From assembly GCA_016207885.1 (NCBI GenBank), contig JACQZE010000027.1, forward strand, positions 11,944 to 75,943: a stretch of DNA of 64,000 bases, written 5' to 3'. Positions 61,723 to 64,000 of this stretch are shown in pieces. The number at the start of each line of letters is the position of its first letter. The first letter of the stretch is position 1. The stretch is from Nitrospirota bacterium (GTDB lineage: Bacteria > Nitrospirota > Thermodesulfovibrionia > UBA6902). Under the pieces are notes generated by a model. It saw only the letters and a program-made list of their open reading frames with translations. It was not told the origin of the DNA and did no database searches. The position numbers and the translations under genes were made by a program.

Positions 61723-62172
61723 ATGGAGGGTAAAATGATAATTATTATTGTTGATCTGGGACACTTCAAAGCATACAGGGTGGTCAAAAACACACTTGAG
61801 AGCACAAAGATAGAACCGCTCAAAGCATATGATAATGTTGATGCCCATGGAAAACTCAGTGACAAGGTGAGTGATGGTTCCGGGAAGTTTGCACTAAACG
61901 GCGGCAAGCAGGGCAGGAAAGGTACAGGCGAGGCGCATAATGTTGAGTCTGAGAAAAAGAGAAGGGTAATTAAATTGATCACCGGGGACATTGAAGCGCT
62001 AATAAAAAAAGAAGGATCTAAAAAATGGTTTTTGGCCGCGGAAAAAAGCATTAATAACCAGATACTGGAAAATCTTTCTTCCGATGCGATTAACAAGATG
62101 GAAAAAAACATTATTGCGGATCTTACCGGAACAGACAAGGCAAAACTTCTTGACAGATTCGGTATTTCATAA
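61723..62172 (+). CDS. Hypothetical protein (weak resemblance to the host-attachment / baeRF-like family)
   Basis: 149 aa, soluble, with no clear motif. The N-terminus (IIIVDLGHFKAYRV) resembles the start of Host_attach family proteins. Confidence 0.3.
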   Translation: MEGKMIIIIVDLGHFKAYRVVKNTLESTKIEPLKAYDNVDAHGKLSDKVSDGSGKFALNGGKQGRKGTGEAHNVESEKKRRVIKLITGDIEALIKKEGSKKWFLAAEKSINNQILENLSSDAINKMEKNIIADLTGTDKAKLLDRFGIS

Positions 62173-62232
62173 TATTTATATTATCCTTGCGAGGTCATTC
62201 ATTATTATATTTTCTATTCGAATAATGCTGCC

Positions 62233-62916
62233 ATGCCGAACGAAAAGATACTCATTATAGAAGATGATGCTGATATTGTAGAGATGATCACATACAACCT
62301 TGAAAAGGAAGGTTTTAAGGTTGTATCTTCATCAAACGGAGAAGACGCGCTTGAACTGTTAAAAACAGAACATCTGAACCTGGTTATTCTTGACCTGATG
62401 CTGCCCGGACTGGATGGTTTTGAGGTTTGCAGCTCCATCAGGAATAATGAGGACACTTCTCATCTGCCTATTATCATGCTTACTGCAAAATCGCAGGAGG
62501 CAGATAAGATAGTCGGTTTTGAAATTGGCGCTGACGATTATGTTACTAAACCATTCAGCCCTAAGGAACTTATTGCAAGGATAAGGGCTGTGCTCAGAAG
62601 GTTGAAATCTCCCATGCTTAAGAAAATTAAAACCCGGGATATAGCTATTGACACCTTGAAACACAAGGCAACTGTTTTGGGCAATCCGGTACATCTGACC
62701 TATACAGAATTTAAACTTCTTGCTTATATGACACAAAGGCCCGGCGTCGTATTAACCAGAGACAAAATAGTTGCTGATGTTTTTAATTACAGTTCAGACA
62801 GCTATGACAGGTCGGTCGACAACCATATAAAGACCTTAAGAAAAAAACTCGGGACAGCCAGAGATTATATTGAAACCGTACGAGGTTTGGGATACAGCTT
62901 TAAGGATAATTTATAG
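62233..62916 (+). CDS. OmpR/PhoB-family response regulator (REC plus winged-helix)
   Basis: ILIIEDDADIVEM…ILDLMLPGLDGFEV…LTAKSQEADKIVGFEIGADDYVTKPF, then a C-terminal winged helix (LTYTEFKLLAYM…GYSF). Confidence 0.9.
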   Translation: MPNEKILIIEDDADIVEMITYNLEKEGFKVVSSSNGEDALELLKTEHLNLVILDLMLPGLDGFEVCSSIRNNEDTSHLPIIMLTAKSQEADKIVGFEIGADDYVTKPFSPKELIARIRAVLRRLKSPMLKKIKTRDIAIDTLKHKATVLGNPVHLTYTEFKLLAYMTQRPGVVLTRDKIVADVFNYSSDSYDRSVDNHIKTLRKKLGTARDYIETVRGLGYSFKDNL

Positions 62917-62989
62917 TTTTTGGCATGTTATTTATAGATAAAACCTTACATCTCTCCAATTTTGCCTTAGAAACCTGCGTTAACCGGTA

Positions 62990-63781
62990 ATGAGCACTAA
63001 AAAAAAATCTTCTGAAGAAGAGCTTAAGAAGGCTCATGATGCATTAAATATTCTTGCACAGGAACTCGAAGCCAAAGTGTCGTATCTGAGCAAGATGGAT
63101 AAAATTAAATCTGATTTTATTGCAAATGTATCCCATGAGATCAAGACACCCCTGACATCAATACTTGGGTTTGTCGAAACCCTGCAGAACGGAGCTCTTA
63201 AAGACCCTGAAAAAGCCGATAGGTTTCTTTCTATCATCAAGAAGAACGCGGAGAGCTTATCTAACCTTACCAATGATCTCCTTAACCTTTCCGAACTGGA
63301 ACTCGGAACCAAGAAGATCGAGAAGAGCGAATTTGACTTGAAAGAACTTGCTGCTGAGGTTATAGCAGGCTTTACTGTGGCTTTTTCTGAGAAAGGAGGC
63401 ACCATAGAGCTTCATACAAAGGGGGAAGACTTCAGGATAAATGCTGACAGGTTCAAAATCAAGGTGGTTTTGCAGAACCTGCTGGATAATTCTATTAAGT
63501 ATGGCAAGAAAAATGGAACAGCCATACTCTTCCTTATTGAAAAAGAAAAAGAGATCATTATTGATATTGAGGATGACGGGATCGGCATATCGGAGGAATG
63601 TCTCTGGAGAGTTTTTGAGAGATTTTATATGGCTGATAAATCACGTTCCAGAAAAATCGGAGGCACCGGGCTCGGGCTGTCTATAGTCAAACAGATAGTT
63701 CTGCTGCACGGCGGTTATATAAGCATCAAGAGCAGGCTGAATGAAGACACAAAGATCGTTGTCTCACTTCCCAGGTCATAA
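62990..63781 (+). CDS. Cytoplasmic histidine kinase (HisKA plus HATPase_c), cognate of the 62233 regulator
   Basis: N-terminal coiled coil with no TM. H-box (SHEIKTPLTSILGF). N, D and G boxes (LLDNSIKYG, DDGIGI, GGTGLGLSIV). Confidence 0.85.
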   Translation: MSTKKKSSEEELKKAHDALNILAQELEAKVSYLSKMDKIKSDFIANVSHEIKTPLTSILGFVETLQNGALKDPEKADRFLSIIKKNAESLSNLTNDLLNLSELELGTKKIEKSEFDLKELAAEVIAGFTVAFSEKGGTIELHTKGEDFRINADRFKIKVVLQNLLDNSIKYGKKNGTAILFLIEKEKEIIIDIEDDGIGISEECLWRVFERFYMADKSRSRKIGGTGLGLSIVKQIVLLHGGYISIKSRLNEDTKIVVSLPRS

Positions 63782-63808
63782 ACTGTATCCGTCCTTCTTA
63801 ATTCAAAC

Positions 63809-64000
63809 ATGAATAGAAAGATAAAAAGAAAAAGCAGTTTTCATGTATATATCGTCACGTGTAAAAATGGCACTTATTATACCGGCTACACAAATAATTT
63901 GGAAAACCGGATCAAATTACATAACAAAGGTGACGGAGCAAAATATTTAAAAGGCAAATCACCTGTTACATTGGTTTATTCAAAAGAATATGTATATTTT
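63809..64000 (+). CDS. GIY-YIG nuclease family protein (UPF0213-like), 3'-truncated at the window end
   Basis: HVYIVTCKNGTYYTGYTNNLENRIKLHNKGDGAKY matches the GIY-YIG motif. The ORF runs off the window. Confidence 0.6.
   Translation, partial: MNRKIKRKSSFHVYIVTCKNGTYYTGYTNNLENRIKLHNKGDGAKYLKGKSPVTLVYSKEYVYF

Overview
This 64-kb window is all bacterial and almost entirely protein-coding; genes run on the + strand up to about 40 kb. It looks like an anaerobe, with sigma-54 regulation, Geobacter-type heme motifs and YeeE/YedE sulfur transporters pointing to Desulfobacterota or Nitrospirota, though the phylum is uncertain.

The first 24.6 kb is an accessory-looking cell-surface and extracellular electron-transfer locus:
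- a 5'-truncated giant repeat protein with two parallel beta-helix modules;
- a 1761-aa multiheme c-type cytochrome with about 38 heme-binding motifs, including four Geobacter-type CxxxxCH...CxxCH units;
- a 2472-aa protein of beta-propeller (SBBP) repeats, about 13 FN3 domains carrying a conserved CxGAGC loop, and a DUF2341 plus LamG module;
- a duplicated cassette, each copy headed by a strongly ribosome-binding-site-preceded 20-aa sORF (MKKIKYIAPKIVGSAVVHPC and VKKIKYVPPGIVGSAAVHPC) and followed by secreted parallel beta-helix and carboxypeptidase-regulatory-like domain proteins.

The two sORFs differ mainly at synonymous positions. This peptide family appears undescribed and is the most interesting object in the window.

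Downstream of the locus:
- cytochrome-maturation-type accessory genes (a short ResB-like protein and TlpA), a PhnD-like binding protein and a TPR protein;
- a sulfur-transporter and radical-SAM cluster with no adjacent precursor peptide: YeeE/YedE, an ArsP-like permease fusion, a cupin, a PqqD-like recognition protein, a radical SAM/SPASM enzyme, a SPASM-only partner lacking the Cx3Cx2C motif, and TlpA;
- a housekeeping operon gcvH-lpd-kdsA-kdsD-kdsC-pgsA-plsY-queC;
- a multi-PAS/GAF histidine kinase with an NtrC-type sigma-54 activator, then a near-consensus sigma-54 promoter in front of a 79-aa cysteine-rich protein and rpoD;
- an ABC-2 exporter, FxsA, a DUF104/PIN toxin-antitoxin pair in which the PIN gene has an in-frame stop, an inositol monophosphatase, a small diheme cytochrome, REP-like palindromic repeats, a 1070-aa UDPGP-family fusion protein, a split YeeE/YedE pair, RlmB, an OmpR-type two-component pair and a GIY-YIG fragment.

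No rRNA, tRNA or CRISPR features were found.
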